Below, in pieces: positions 45,098-57,761 of a DNA stretch of 64,000 nucleotides. Within the stretch, counting starts at the first letter, position 1; every line of letters begins with the position of its first letter. The DNA comes from Labilithrix sp. (GTDB lineage: Bacteria; Myxococcota_A; Polyangia; Polyangiales; Polyangiaceae): NCBI GenBank assembly GCA_026128965.1, contig JAHCIY010000002.1:1936468-2000467 (forward strand). Reading direction: 5' to 3'. The notes below the pieces were generated by a model that saw only the letters and a list, made by a program, of their open reading frames with translations, was not told where the DNA came from and searched no databases. The translations under genes and the position numbers were made by a program.

Positions 45098-46189
45098 ATG
45101 CAACTTGCTCGTTGGCGGTTCGTCGTTGGCGTGGCCGCCCTCTCGTTCTTCGCTGTCGCCTGCAAGAAACCACCGCAGGCCGAAGGGGAGGCGCAGCTCA
45201 CGTCCGCCACGTCGGAGGGGACGCCGATCAAGGTACAGAGCGCGCCCGTCGTCGAGAAGCCGATGCCGGAGCACCTCGTGCTCACTGGCACGCTGAAGGC
45301 GAGCCAGGAGTCGCAGGTCGCCGCCGACGGAGCGGGGAAGGTGACCGCCACGTTCGTCGAGCGCGGCCAGCACGTGAAGCAGGGCGAGACCCTCGCGCTC
45401 CTCGACGCGCGCGGCGCGAACCTGCAGGTGAACACGCTGAACGCGCAGTCGGCGCTCGCGCAGGCGCAGCTCGAGCAGGCGCAGCGCGAGTGCGATCGCG
45501 TGAAGGCGCTCCGCGACTCGGGCGCGATCTCGCAGGCCGAGTACGATCGCACCACCTCACAGTGCCAGACCACGCAGTGGTCGGTCGCCGCCGCGCAGGC
45601 GCAGACGAAGAGCGCGCAGAAGATCGTCGGCGACTCGGTCATCCGCGCGCCGTTCGCGGGGATCGTCGGCGAGCGCTTCGTGAACGTCGGGCAGTACGTC
45701 GCGCCGCAGACGCCGATCGTCTCGCTCTACACGCCGGACCCGCTGCGGCTCGAGCTCACGGTGCCGGAGGCGAACGTGGGCGGGCTCAAGCAGGAGCAGG
45801 TCGTCACGTTCAGCGTGTCCGCGTTCGAGAAGGATCGGTTCCAGGGCACGGTCCGCTACATCGCGCCGAACGTCCGCCCGCAGACGCGCGACCTCATCAT
45901 CGAGGCGCTCTGCCCGAACGCGGACGGCAAGCTGAAGCCCGGCATGTTCGCGGTCGCGCAGCTCGAGACCGCGGAGAAGCCGCTCCCCACCGTGCCGCTC
46001 GCGGCGCTGCAGAAGGGGCCCGACGCGACGAAGGCGTACGTCGTCGTCGACAAGCACGTGCAGGAGCGCATCGTGCAGACCGGGTCCGAGAAGGACGGCG
46101 CGGTCGCGATCCTCGCCGGGATGAAGGTCGGCGAGCAGGTCATCCTGAGCCCCGGCGCGGACGTGCGCGACGGCGCGAAGGTCCAGTAG
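45098..46189 (+). CDS. RND-efflux periplasmic adaptor (membrane fusion protein), lipoprotein
   Basis: 363 aa. It starts MQLARWRFVVGVAALSFFAVAC. It has a coiled-coil hairpin (…QSALAQAQLEQAQRECDRVKALRDSGAISQAEYDR…) and beta-barrel and lipoyl motifs (VIRAPFAGIVG). Confidence 0.85.
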   Translation: MQLARWRFVVGVAALSFFAVACKKPPQAEGEAQLTSATSEGTPIKVQSAPVVEKPMPEHLVLTGTLKASQESQVAADGAGKVTATFVERGQHVKQGETLALLDARGANLQVNTLNAQSALAQAQLEQAQRECDRVKALRDSGAISQAEYDRTTSQCQTTQWSVAAAQAQTKSAQKIVGDSVIRAPFAGIVGERFVNVGQYVAPQTPIVSLYTPDPLRLELTVPEANVGGLKQEQVVTFSVSAFEKDRFQGTVRYIAPNVRPQTRDLIIEALCPNADGKLKPGMFAVAQLETAEKPLPTVPLAALQKGPDATKAYVVVDKHVQERIVQTGSEKDGAVAILAGMKVGEQVILSPGADVRDGAKVQ

Positions 46190-46206
46190 GTCGGTCGAGG
46201 CGGCTC

Positions 46207-49374
<3,168 letters not shown>

Positions 49375-49404
49375 GTCCTTCCCGTGCGCGCGGGCTGAGT
49401 CGCG

Positions 49405-49752
49405 TCAGCTCGTGCGCTTGGTGCGTTTGCGTGGCTTCTTGCCGGCGACGCCGGTGGCGCGGGGCTTCTTGGCCTTCTTCGCCTTCTTCTTGTTCGCCTT
49501 CTTCACCGGTTGGGGCGCGACGTCGTCGTTCTCGGCCTCGAGCGTGCTCGCCGTCGGCTCCGGCTTCGCATCCGCCTTCGCCTCGGTCTTCTCCGGCTCC
49601 GGGGTCGGCTCCGGCTTCGCGTAGCCGTTGTTGAAGCCCGCCCACGGGTCGGGCTCGGCGACCACTGGGGTCATCGCGACGGGCTTCGCCGCGGCGCAAC
49701 CGGTGGCCGTCGCGAGGACGGCGGCTGCAAGGATGGCGAGCAAGCCCTTCAT
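49405..49752 (-). CDS. Small lipoprotein with a Pro/Glu/Lys-rich, strongly basic C-terminal tail
   Basis: 115 aa. It starts MKGLLAILAAAVLATATGC and ends …KKANKKKAKKAKKPRATGVAGKKPRKRTKRTS. Confidence 0.45.
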   Translation of the reverse strand: MKGLLAILAAAVLATATGCAAAKPVAMTPVVAEPDPWAGFNNGYAKPEPTPEPEKTEAKADAKPEPTASTLEAENDDVAPQPVKKANKKKAKKAKKPRATGVAGKKPRKRTKRTS

Positions 49753-49852
49753 GCTGAGTCAGTACCACGTCATCCCACCTCGGGCGCGTCTCCCCAGCGG
49801 ACAACATCGTTGATCCAGCGCGCGCGTGGAACGTTCCGCTCCGGCGGGTGGA

Positions 49853-50338
49853 TCAAAGTCGACCGGTCGGCGCCCACTGGCGCTCGCCCGCGACGTGGCC
49901 GTAGCCCGCGCCCATGATCGCGCCGTAGACCACGTGCGAGAGGAAGAAGCTGATGACGCCCGCCGCGCCGAGGCGCGCGAAGTACGGGCCCGGGTCCGGG
50001 AGCGCTTCGGGGACGAGCGGATGCACGTGCGGAGTGAGGCCCAGCATCATGCCGATGAGGCCGGCGTGGAGGACCGAGAGCAACATGCCCGTCGGCGCGC
50101 CGCCGTGGACCCAGACCCGCTCGAAGAGCGCGCCGTAGAGGAGGCCGAAGAGCGCGCCCAACCCGAGGTGCATCAGGAGGCCGATGCCGAACGCGAGGCC
50201 GCCCGGCGCGATGCCCGTCAGCGTGCCGAGGTAGATCTCGATGCTGAGCGGCAGGCCGATCGCGCGCAGGATGGCGCTGAGCAGGCTGATCGCGGCGGCG
50301 CCAAGGACGCCGAAAAGGATGGCTTTGCCGGGTCGCAT
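49853..50338 (-). CDS. Hypothetical membrane protein (four TM helices)
   Basis: 161 aa and Gly/Leu-rich, with His and Tyr residues (GIGLLMHLGLGALFGLLYGALFERVWVHGG). Confidence 0.55.
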   Translation of the reverse strand: MRPGKAILFGVLGAAAISLLSAILRAIGLPLSIEIYLGTLTGIAPGGLAFGIGLLMHLGLGALFGLLYGALFERVWVHGGAPTGMLLSVLHAGLIGMMLGLTPHVHPLVPEALPDPGPYFARLGAAGVISFFLSHVVYGAIMGAGYGHVAGERQWAPTGRL

Positions 50339-50499
50339 TTCGATTTTCCTCCGCTGCTGAGCAATGCAGTCGGTGGGCCACGCGCCCGCGCCCGTTTCTG
50401 CGGAGAAAGGCCTTGTCGAGCTCGCGCTCTAGCTGACCCGTCGTGCCCCTCGGTGTGGCGCTCTTGTCTCGCGCGATAGTAGGATCGCGGCCTCGAACC

Positions 50500-53400
50500 A
50501 TGTCGGACGAGGAACCGACCTCCGCAGATTCCATTCGGCTCGTCGTGCCGAAGCGGAAGTCGCCGGAATCGATCCGCAACATCGCCGCGCTCGCGGACGA
50601 TGAGACGCGGGTCGAGGCCCTGCTCGCGCGCCTCGAGCAGACGCCGGACCCGAGCGCGCGGAGCCGGATCCTCGTCGAGATCGCGATCACGATGCGCGAC
50701 GGGCTCGACGATGCCGAGCAGGCGCTCGAGGCGCTCCTCGAGGCCTGGCGGTCGGACCCGCGCAACGACGACATCCTCGACAACCTCGAGCCGCTCGTCC
50801 GCGCGCAGGACAAGTGGACCGAGCTGATGGAGCTGACGCGCGCGCTCGCCGGCGCGGAGCGCGTGCCCGATCGATCGCTCGCGTACCACGAGGCGATGGT
50901 GCGCTGGCTCACGCGCGACCGGCCCGACCCGTCGCTCGCGCGGCAGTGGGTCGAGCGCGTGCGCGTGATCGACTCGACCCACGCGCTCGTGCACTTCATG
51001 CAGGCCGCGCTCTCGCGCGAGCACGGCGATCTCAAGCGCGAGATCGACGAGCTGGACCTCGCGGTGCTCTCGACGCGCCGGAAGGACGAGCGCCTCCCGA
51101 TCCACCTGCTCCTCGCGTCGCGCTACATGGACGAGCGCACCTACAACCGCGTCGAGGCGAAGAAGCAATACGAGCAAGCGCACAAGCTGTTCCCGCAGAT
51201 GATGGATCCGCTGCGCGGGCTCGAGCAGATCGCGGTCGCGGAGAAGGACAACCACGCCCTCGCCGACGTGCTCCGGCGGCAGGCCGACGCGGAGGTGGAG
51301 GAGCCGGAGCGCGTCCAGATCCTCATGCGCCTCGCGAAGCTCCAGGAGCTCGAGTTCCGGCGGCCCGAGCTCGCGGCGAAGACGCTCGAGCGCATCGCCT
51401 CTCGCTCCGCCAAGCTCGACTTCCTCTTCGACGACCTCGAGCGCTGCTACCGCGCCGCGCGGATGTGGCCCGAGCTCCTCGCGGTGCTGGAGCGCGCCGC
51501 GATCAGCGACGACGAGCCCGAGAAGCGCGCCGCGCGCCTGAAGCGCCTCGGCGAGGTGCTCGAGGCGAAGATGGGCGACATCCGCGCCGCCCTCGACACG
51601 TACAAGCGGCTCGCCGGGCTGATGCCCGAGGACGAGACGGTCGTGACCGAGCTCGCGCGCCTCGCGGAGAAGGTCTCCGACGTCGAGCTCGCGGTGAACT
51701 GCCGCGAGCGCCTCGCCGAGCTGACGACCGACCCCATCGCGCGCGCGCGCCACAACCTCGTCGCGGGGCAGCTCCTCACGCCGATCGACGGCAAACGCGC
51801 GCGGCGGTTCTTCGAGCAAGCCGTCGCGTCCGACCCGACCAACGCGCCGGCGTGGAACGCGCTCTTGTGGGACGCGCGCGCGGAGAACGACCTCCCGCGC
51901 GCGGCGCACTACCTCGAGCAGCGCGCGAACGCGACCGAGACTCCGCGCGCGCGCGCGACGTGCTTCGTCGAGCTCGCCGAGATCCAGCAGAAGATGGGCA
52001 ACCGGCCCGGCATGCTCTCCGCCTACGAGAGCGCGTTCCTCTCCGATCCCAGCAACGAGGCGGCGGCGTCCGCGCTCCTCGAGCCCTGGATGGCGATCGA
52101 GCGCTACGAGGACGTCGAGAAGATCATCCACGTGATCATCGCGGCGGCGGAGCGCGATCGCGACGGCTACCGCGCCTACACCGCGCGCCGCGCGTTGACG
52201 AAGATCGGCTTCGAGCTCCACAAACCCGACGTCGCGCTCGAGGCCGCCTTCGCCGCGTTCAACTCCCGGCGCGAGGAGGACGAGGCGCGGCGTGACCTCG
52301 TCCTCGCCGCGAGCGCGATGCGCGCCGACCCCGCCGTGCTGAAGGTGCGTGACGCGCTCCTCGTCATCGCGGAGCGCCCGGACGGGCTCGCTCCCGACGT
52401 GCGCGTCGCGCTCGGCGAGACGCTCGCGTCGATGGGGGAGAGCGATCGCGCCGCGTCGCTCTACGACGAGGTCCTCACCGAGTCGCCCGACAACGAGCGC
52501 GCGCTCGCGGGCCTCTCCCAGCACCACGCCGCGTCGGGGAACAAGGTCGCCTCGCTCGCGCTGAAGCGCCAGCGCGCGATGGCGATGGCCGATCCGAAGG
52601 AGCGCCTCGCGACGCTGCTCGAGACCGCGGAGGCGTTCGCGAAGATCGACCAGGAGGCGCTCGCGGCCGAGGTCTACGAGGCGGCGCGCGTGCTCGCCCC
52701 GAACGACCTGCCGATCCTCCACAAGCTCCTCGCGCTCTACCAGAAGGCCTCGAAGTGGGTCTCGCTCTTCGACGTGCTGCGATCGATCGCGGAGGTCGAC
52801 GCCGATCCGCTCCGCCGCGCGAAGACGTACTTCACGATGGGGCAGATCGCGAGCGTCGAGCTCCTCGATCGCGGGACCGCGCTCGAGATGTTCGACCGCG
52901 CGCTCGACGTCGACGCGACGCAGCTCGAGGCGTTCGAGAACATCGTCAAGATCCTCACCCGCACGAAGGACTGGGCCGGCCTCGAGCAGATGTACCGGCG
53001 CATGCTCGCGCGGGCGGAGGCGCGGCGCGATCAACGGCTCTCCTTCGTCCTGAACAAGCAGCTCGCGATCATCCTCCGCGATCGCGTCGGCGACGCGCAG
53101 GGAGCGATCGAGGCGATCCGCGCCGCGACGAAGCTCGTGCCGGAGGACGACGAGTCGCAGGCTATCCTGCGCGAGCTGCTCTCGCACACGGGCCAGGCGC
53201 AAGGCGCGGTCGCGATCACGCTCGAGCGCGTGCTGAAGGAGCCGCTCGACCCGCGGCCGTACCCCGCGCTCTTCGATCTGCTCCTCACGCAGGGCCAGCG
53301 CGACCGCGCGCTCTGCGTCGCGAGCGCGATGACCTTCCTCGACGTGAACCATCCGAGCGCGACGGCGTGGCGCCAGACCTACGCCCCGCCGCCGATCGAG

Positions 53401-54186
53401 GCGATCGTCCGCGAGCTCGGCCCCGAGGGCTACCGCTACCTCCTCCACCCCGAGCTCGATCCCACCCTCACCGAGATCCTCCAGATCTGCGCGCCGGCCG
53501 TGATCGACATCGCGCTCTCCCGCCTCTCGCTCCGCGAGCGCATGAGCCACCCCGGCTCGGCGCTGAAGGGGCAGGACTGGCTCGGGAAGGTCGTCGCCCG
53601 CGCGGCGCAGATCCTCGGCGTGCCGGCGCCGCCGAAGCTCTTCGCGCGCAAGACGCCCGGCCCCGCGATCGCCGCCGCGCCGACGAAGCCGCCGAGCCTC
53701 CTCGTCTACACCCAGTCGCTCGCGGGCGTGAGCCGCGAGGCGCTCGCGTTCATGATCGGCAAGCGGGTGATGGAGCTGACGCCCCCGCTCCTCGCGCGCG
53801 CGCTGTGCCCCTCCATCACCGAGCTCAAGGCGCTCGCGTCGTCGGCGGCGCGCATCGCGACGGAGCAGATCGAGCCCGGCGACCAGCCGCTCCGCGAACG
53901 CCTCAAGCGCGACGACGTCGCGCGCATCGGCGCAGCCGTGCGGCGCTCGATGATGGGCGGCGGCCGGATCGACGTCGTGCGCTGGTCCCAGCTCGCGGAC
54001 GTCTCGGTCTCGTGCGCGGGCCTGCTCCTCGCCGGCGATCTCGAGGCCGCGCGCGCCGCGATCGCGATCGAGCCGCAGGCCCCGGGCGACCTCAGCCCGC
54101 GCGACAAGATGCGCGAGCTCGTCGCCTGGTACCTCGGCGACGCGTGCGCTCGGCTTCGCCAAGGTCTGGGGCTCGCGATCCTATGA
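50500..54186 (+). CDS. Large tetratricopeptide-repeat (TPR) protein
   Basis: About 1,228 aa, starting MSDEEPTSADSIRLVVPKRK. It has many 34-residue helical repeats with a W-LG-Y / A…F…A…P pattern (…AEQALEALLEAWRSDPRNDD…, …GMLSAYESAFLSDPSNEAA…, …AAEVYEAARVLAPNDLPIL…). Two in-frame stop codons lie just upstream of the ATG. Confidence 0.75.
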   Translation: MSDEEPTSADSIRLVVPKRKSPESIRNIAALADDETRVEALLARLEQTPDPSARSRILVEIAITMRDGLDDAEQALEALLEAWRSDPRNDDILDNLEPLVRAQDKWTELMELTRALAGAERVPDRSLAYHEAMVRWLTRDRPDPSLARQWVERVRVIDSTHALVHFMQAALSREHGDLKREIDELDLAVLSTRRKDERLPIHLLLASRYMDERTYNRVEAKKQYEQAHKLFPQMMDPLRGLEQIAVAEKDNHALADVLRRQADAEVEEPERVQILMRLAKLQELEFRRPELAAKTLERIASRSAKLDFLFDDLERCYRAARMWPELLAVLERAAISDDEPEKRAARLKRLGEVLEAKMGDIRAALDTYKRLAGLMPEDETVVTELARLAEKVSDVELAVNCRERLAELTTDPIARARHNLVAGQLLTPIDGKRARRFFEQAVASDPTNAPAWNALLWDARAENDLPRAAHYLEQRANATETPRARATCFVELAEIQQKMGNRPGMLSAYESAFLSDPSNEAAASALLEPWMAIERYEDVEKIIHVIIAAAERDRDGYRAYTARRALTKIGFELHKPDVALEAAFAAFNSRREEDEARRDLVLAASAMRADPAVLKVRDALLVIAERPDGLAPDVRVALGETLASMGESDRAASLYDEVLTESPDNERALAGLSQHHAASGNKVASLALKRQRAMAMADPKERLATLLETAEAFAKIDQEALAAEVYEAARVLAPNDLPILHKLLALYQKASKWVSLFDVLRSIAEVDADPLRRAKTYFTMGQIASVELLDRGTALEMFDRALDVDATQLEAFENIVKILTRTKDWAGLEQMYRRMLARAEARRDQRLSFVLNKQLAIILRDRVGDAQGAIEAIRAATKLVPEDDESQAILRELLSHTGQAQGAVAITLERVLKEPLDPRPYPALFDLLLTQGQRDRALCVASAMTFLDVNHPSATAWRQTYAPPPIEAIVRELGPEGYRYLLHPELDPTLTEILQICAPAVIDIALSRLSLRERMSHPGSALKGQDWLGKVVARAAQILGVPAPPKLFARKTPGPAIAAAPTKPPSLLVYTQSLAGVSREALAFMIGKRVMELTPPLLARALCPSITELKALASSAARIATEQIEPGDQPLRERLKRDDVARIGAAVRRSMMGGGRIDVVRWSQLADVSVSCAGLLLAGDLEAARAAIAIEPQAPGDLSPRDKMRELVAWYLGDACARLRQGLGLAIL

Positions 54187-54193
54187 GGTGCTC

Positions 54194-54976
54194 ATGAAGC
54201 TCGACGCGTTGTTGAAGGTCCTCGATGAGCTCGCGCCGCTGCGGTACGCGGAGGGCTGGGACAACGTCGGGCTCCTCGTCGGCGATCCCGACGCCGACGT
54301 GACGCGCGTGCTCGTCACGGTGGACTACTCGAAGGAGGTCGCGGAGGAGGCGCGCGCGAAGGGGGTACAGCTCGTCGTCGCGTACCACCCGCCGATGTTC
54401 GCAGCGGTGAAGCGCGCGCCGCACGCCGCGCTCTGGGTCGACGCGGTCCGCCGCGGCATCGCGCTCTACAGCATGCACACCGCCCTCGACGTCGCCGCGC
54501 AGGGGACGAACGAATTCCTCGCCCGCGTCGCCGGCGTCGACCTCGCGTCGATGAAGCCGCTCCGTCCCTTCGTCGGGAAGCCGGGGCGGCCCGAGCCGGA
54601 GGGGATCGGGCTCGGACGTGTCGGCGACGTCGCGCCGGCGCCGCTCGGCGATCTGGTCGCGCGCCTCAAGACCGCGCTGACGCTCGAGCGCGTGCTCGTC
54701 GCAGGATCGCTCGATCGCGTCGTGCGCCGCGTCGCGGTCGCGGCCGGCGCCGGCGGCGAGCTCCTCGGCGACGCGATCCGCGAGCGCGCGGACGTCTTCG
54801 TCACCGGCGAGCTCCGCCACCACGACGCGATGCGCGGCTGCAGCGTCGTCGCGACGCTCCACTCGAACAGCGAGCGCGCGGCGGTGAAGGAGCTCGCCGG
54901 CCGCATCGCGGCCGCGCTCGCCGGCGTCGAGGTGACGTTCAGCGAGCGCGACGCGGACCCGTTCGCGTTCGTCTGA
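54194..54976 (+). CDS. Nif3-like dinuclear-metal-centre protein (YqfO/YbgI family)
   Basis: 260 aa, starting MKLDALLKVLDELAPLRYAEGWDNVGLLVGD. Further motifs are …VAYHPPMF… and …TGELRHHD…. Confidence 0.85.
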   Translation: MKLDALLKVLDELAPLRYAEGWDNVGLLVGDPDADVTRVLVTVDYSKEVAEEARAKGVQLVVAYHPPMFAAVKRAPHAALWVDAVRRGIALYSMHTALDVAAQGTNEFLARVAGVDLASMKPLRPFVGKPGRPEPEGIGLGRVGDVAPAPLGDLVARLKTALTLERVLVAGSLDRVVRRVAVAAGAGGELLGDAIRERADVFVTGELRHHDAMRGCSVVATLHSNSERAAVKELAGRIAAALAGVEVTFSERDADPFAFV

Positions 54977-55098
54977 GTCTCTCAGGTTCGAGAGGGGCCA
55001 GCCCCTCTCGAGCTCTCCCCGCCGGGGCCTCTCCGCGCGCGGGGCGCGCTGCGCCGCCCCGGGCCCCCGAGAGGGCGACCCGCAGCGTCTGCTCTGAC

Positions 55099-55875
55099 CT
55101 AGGGGCGCCGGCCGATCGCGTCGGTCCAGATCTCGAGGTCCTTCGGCGCGACGTTGCCATGCGGCGCGACGCGCGCGTCGGCGTAGCCGCGCTCGCGGAG
55201 GTCGACGAGGTACTGCTCGCGCGAGAGGAGCGTGCCGCGGCAGACCTCGACGTCCTCGGGGCGGTGCTCCGCCTTCGCGCGCTCGAGCAGCGCGTTCATC
55301 ACGTGCCTCGGGACGCAGTGGCGCTTCTGCGGGTACACGAACGAGAAGAAGACGAGGTGCCCGAGGAGGACGCGCCAGTGCTCGCCGAAGTGGGAGAGGA
55401 GGCGGCTCCAGTCGAGGTCGGGGCCGCACGCCTCGAGGAGGTGATAGATGTCCGCGCCGTCGAAGCGCTCGCGCTCCATGACGAAGCACTTGCTCGCGAT
55501 CATCTCCTCCGCCCCGGAGACGAGGACGGGGACGCCCCACAGCGTGCACCCTGCAGCGTGCTCGAACCAGCGATCGTCGACCGCGCAGAGGCCGTTCGCC
55601 GACGCGTAGATGAAGTCGACGAAGTGCGGGCCCGACCACGCCTTCGCGAGCCAGTGCGGGAAGCACTTCTCGACCTCGAAGCCCTCGTCGGCGAGGACCT
55701 CGAGCGCGCGGTCGACGTCGCGCGCGCGGAGGAAGATGTCGAGGTCCTTCGTGTCGCGTGCGATCCCCGCGAAGTGCTTGAGCGCGAGCGCGCCGCCGAC
55801 GAGGAAGGGAACGCGGCGGCGGACCAAGGTCCGCAGCGTGTCCTCGTAGAACTGCCGCGCGACGGGGCGCACCAT
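55099..55875 (-). CDS. Nucleotidyltransferase-fold family protein, hypothetical
   Basis: 258 aa. It contains …VPFLVGGALALKHFAGIARDTKDLDIFL…, which is the G(G/S)…D(x)D signature of the minimal nucleotidyltransferase fold. Confidence 0.6.
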   Translation of the reverse strand: MVRPVARQFYEDTLRTLVRRRVPFLVGGALALKHFAGIARDTKDLDIFLRARDVDRALEVLADEGFEVEKCFPHWLAKAWSGPHFVDFIYASANGLCAVDDRWFEHAAGCTLWGVPVLVSGAEEMIASKCFVMERERFDGADIYHLLEACGPDLDWSRLLSHFGEHWRVLLGHLVFFSFVYPQKRHCVPRHVMNALLERAKAEHRPEDVEVCRGTLLSREQYLVDLRERGYADARVAPHGNVAPKDLEIWTDAIGRRP

Positions 55876-55990
55876 TCGACGAGTGCTGAGAGGCTCATGC
55901 GTACGGTGCGAGGGATGGGCGGCCATGCGATCGAGATCGCCTGCGAGCGGCGGGCCACCGGGCGGTACGTGCGTTGCTCTGCTCGCGCTC

Positions 55991-56761
55991 ATGACCGACT
56001 CCGCCGTCCCCGCGCCGCGCCCGCTCCGCATCGCCGCCGTCGGCGATCTCCACTGCACGAAGGAGTCGAGCGGGCTCTTCCGTCCGCTGTTTCAGCAGGT
56101 CGAGACGCATGCGGACGTGCTGCTCCTCTGCGGCGATCTCACCGACTACGGCACGGCGGAAGAGGCGCACGTGCTCGCGAGAGAGCTCGCGGTGGTGAAG
56201 CACCCGATCATCGCCGTGCTCGGCAATCACGACTTCGAGTCGGGCACGCCGGAGAAGGTGAGCGAGATCCTGCACGACGCCGGAGTCCGCGTGCTCGACG
56301 GCGACAGCGTCGTGGTCGGCGACGTCGGCTTCGCGGGGGTGAAGGGCTTCTGCGGCGGTTTTGGTCGAGGCACGTTGGGACCTTGGGGCGAGGCTGCGGT
56401 GAAGGCCTTCGTCAAAGAAGCGCTCGACGAGGCGCTCAAGCTCGAGTCTGCGCTCGCGCGTCTCCGCACGCCGCAGCGCGTCGCGCTCCTCCACTATTCT
56501 CCCGTCGCCGACACCGTCGCGGGCGAGCCGGAGCAGATCTACGCGTTCCTCGGCTGCAGCCGCCTCGAAGATCCGCTCGAACGCTACCCGGTGACGGCGT
56601 GTTTCCACGGCCACGCCCACCGCGGCACCATGACCGGAAAGACGCGCGCGGGGATCCCCGTCTACAACGTCGCGCTGCCGCTGCTCCGCCGCGAGCTCGG
56701 GAACGATCTTCCGCTCCGCATCGTCGAGCTCGACGTGGACGTGCTCGTCGCGGCGGAGTAG
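55991..56761 (+). CDS. Metallophosphoesterase (calcineurin-like)
   Basis: 256 aa with …IAAVGDLHC…LLCGDLTDYG…VLGNHDFE…HGHAHR…. Confidence 0.8.
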   Translation: MTDSAVPAPRPLRIAAVGDLHCTKESSGLFRPLFQQVETHADVLLLCGDLTDYGTAEEAHVLARELAVVKHPIIAVLGNHDFESGTPEKVSEILHDAGVRVLDGDSVVVGDVGFAGVKGFCGGFGRGTLGPWGEAAVKAFVKEALDEALKLESALARLRTPQRVALLHYSPVADTVAGEPEQIYAFLGCSRLEDPLERYPVTACFHGHAHRGTMTGKTRAGIPVYNVALPLLRRELGNDLPLRIVELDVDVLVAAE

Positions 56762-56906
56762 TCGCCGCCGCATCCCGGTCCACGCGTCAGGCTCGACGCC
56801 CGTACCATGATGCCGTCGAGGGGCAGGATGCCACGGAGCGCGAGCGCGCGAGCAGCGCGCAAAGCGAGCCACGCGCGCGTCAGGATTGTGAGGCACGCGC
56901 CTCGCA

Positions 56907-57749
56907 ATGGCCGAGCGCGAGACAACCATGGCTGCCACCGCACAGATCCTTTCGCTTCCGTCCCGCGTCTCCGTCGATGACCTCACGTTCGATCGCGTCA
57001 CGATGAAGGACGCCGTCCGCCGCATCGTGCGGATGGCGAGACGTCACGACAAGGCGCGCTACGTCTGCACCGGGAACCTCGATCACCTCGTCCTCGCCGA
57101 GCGCGATCCCGAGTTCCGCGCCGCGTACAAGAAGGCCGACCTCGTCGTCGCCGACGGCGCGCCCGTCGTCTGGCTCTCGAAGCTCGCCGCGCGCGCGGCG
57201 GCCGGCGTCCTCCCCGAGCGCGTCGCGGGGAGCGACCTCTTCTGGGAGCTCGCGAAGGTCTCCGGCGAGGCGAACCTCCGCCTCTTCTTCCTCGGCGGGG
57301 TCGAGGGCGCGGCGGCGAAGGCGGCGGAGGAGGTGCTCCGCCGCCACCCGCGCGCGCGCATCGCCGGCACGTATTGCCCGCCGCACGCGACGTTCGCGAC
57401 GTCGGAGGAGCAGGCGCGCATCAAGCGCATCGTGCGTCAGGCCGCGCCCGACGTCTTGCTCGTCGCGTTCGGCGCGCCGAAGCAGGAGAAATGGATCGCC
57501 GCGCACAAGGACGCGCTCGGCGTGCCGGTGTCGATCGGCGTCGGCGGCTCCTTCGAGATGGCGTCGGGCATGCTGAAGCGCGCGCCGCGCTGGATCCAGG
57601 ACATCGGCCTCGAGTGGCTCTACCGCTTCACGCAGCAGCCGAAGCGCCTCTTCCAGCGCTACTTCGTGGACGATCTCCCGTACCTCGCCGGCGCCGCGAC
57701 GCGCGCGCTCGTGCACCGGTTCAAAGGTCCGGCGCGTCTCGCGGGCTGA
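56907..57749 (+). CDS. WecB/TagA/CpsF-family glycosyltransferase (N-acetylmannosaminyltransferase-like)
   Basis: 280 aa with …CTGNLDHLVLAERDPEFRAAYKKADLVVADGAPVVW…FFLGGVEG…LLVAFGAPKQEKWI…. Confidence 0.85.
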   Translation: MAERETTMAATAQILSLPSRVSVDDLTFDRVTMKDAVRRIVRMARRHDKARYVCTGNLDHLVLAERDPEFRAAYKKADLVVADGAPVVWLSKLAARAAAGVLPERVAGSDLFWELAKVSGEANLRLFFLGGVEGAAAKAAEEVLRRHPRARIAGTYCPPHATFATSEEQARIKRIVRQAAPDVLLVAFGAPKQEKWIAAHKDALGVPVSIGVGGSFEMASGMLKRAPRWIQDIGLEWLYRFTQQPKRLFQRYFVDDLPYLAGAATRALVHRFKGPARLAG

Positions 57750-57761
57750 TACCATCGCCGC

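Noticed and set aside
39328-45642. The full 2,104-aa track ORF for the caspase/WD40 gene, and the 1,420-aa ORF 45112..49374
   Set aside because: In both cases the upstream part is non-coding or another frame that happens to be open. The real genes start at internal Met residues, each followed by a clear signal peptide (MRALLLLLTALLTAC for the caspase gene and MQWLAEICVKRPIF for the RND permease). The upstream residues are Cys/Arg/Ala-rich junk.
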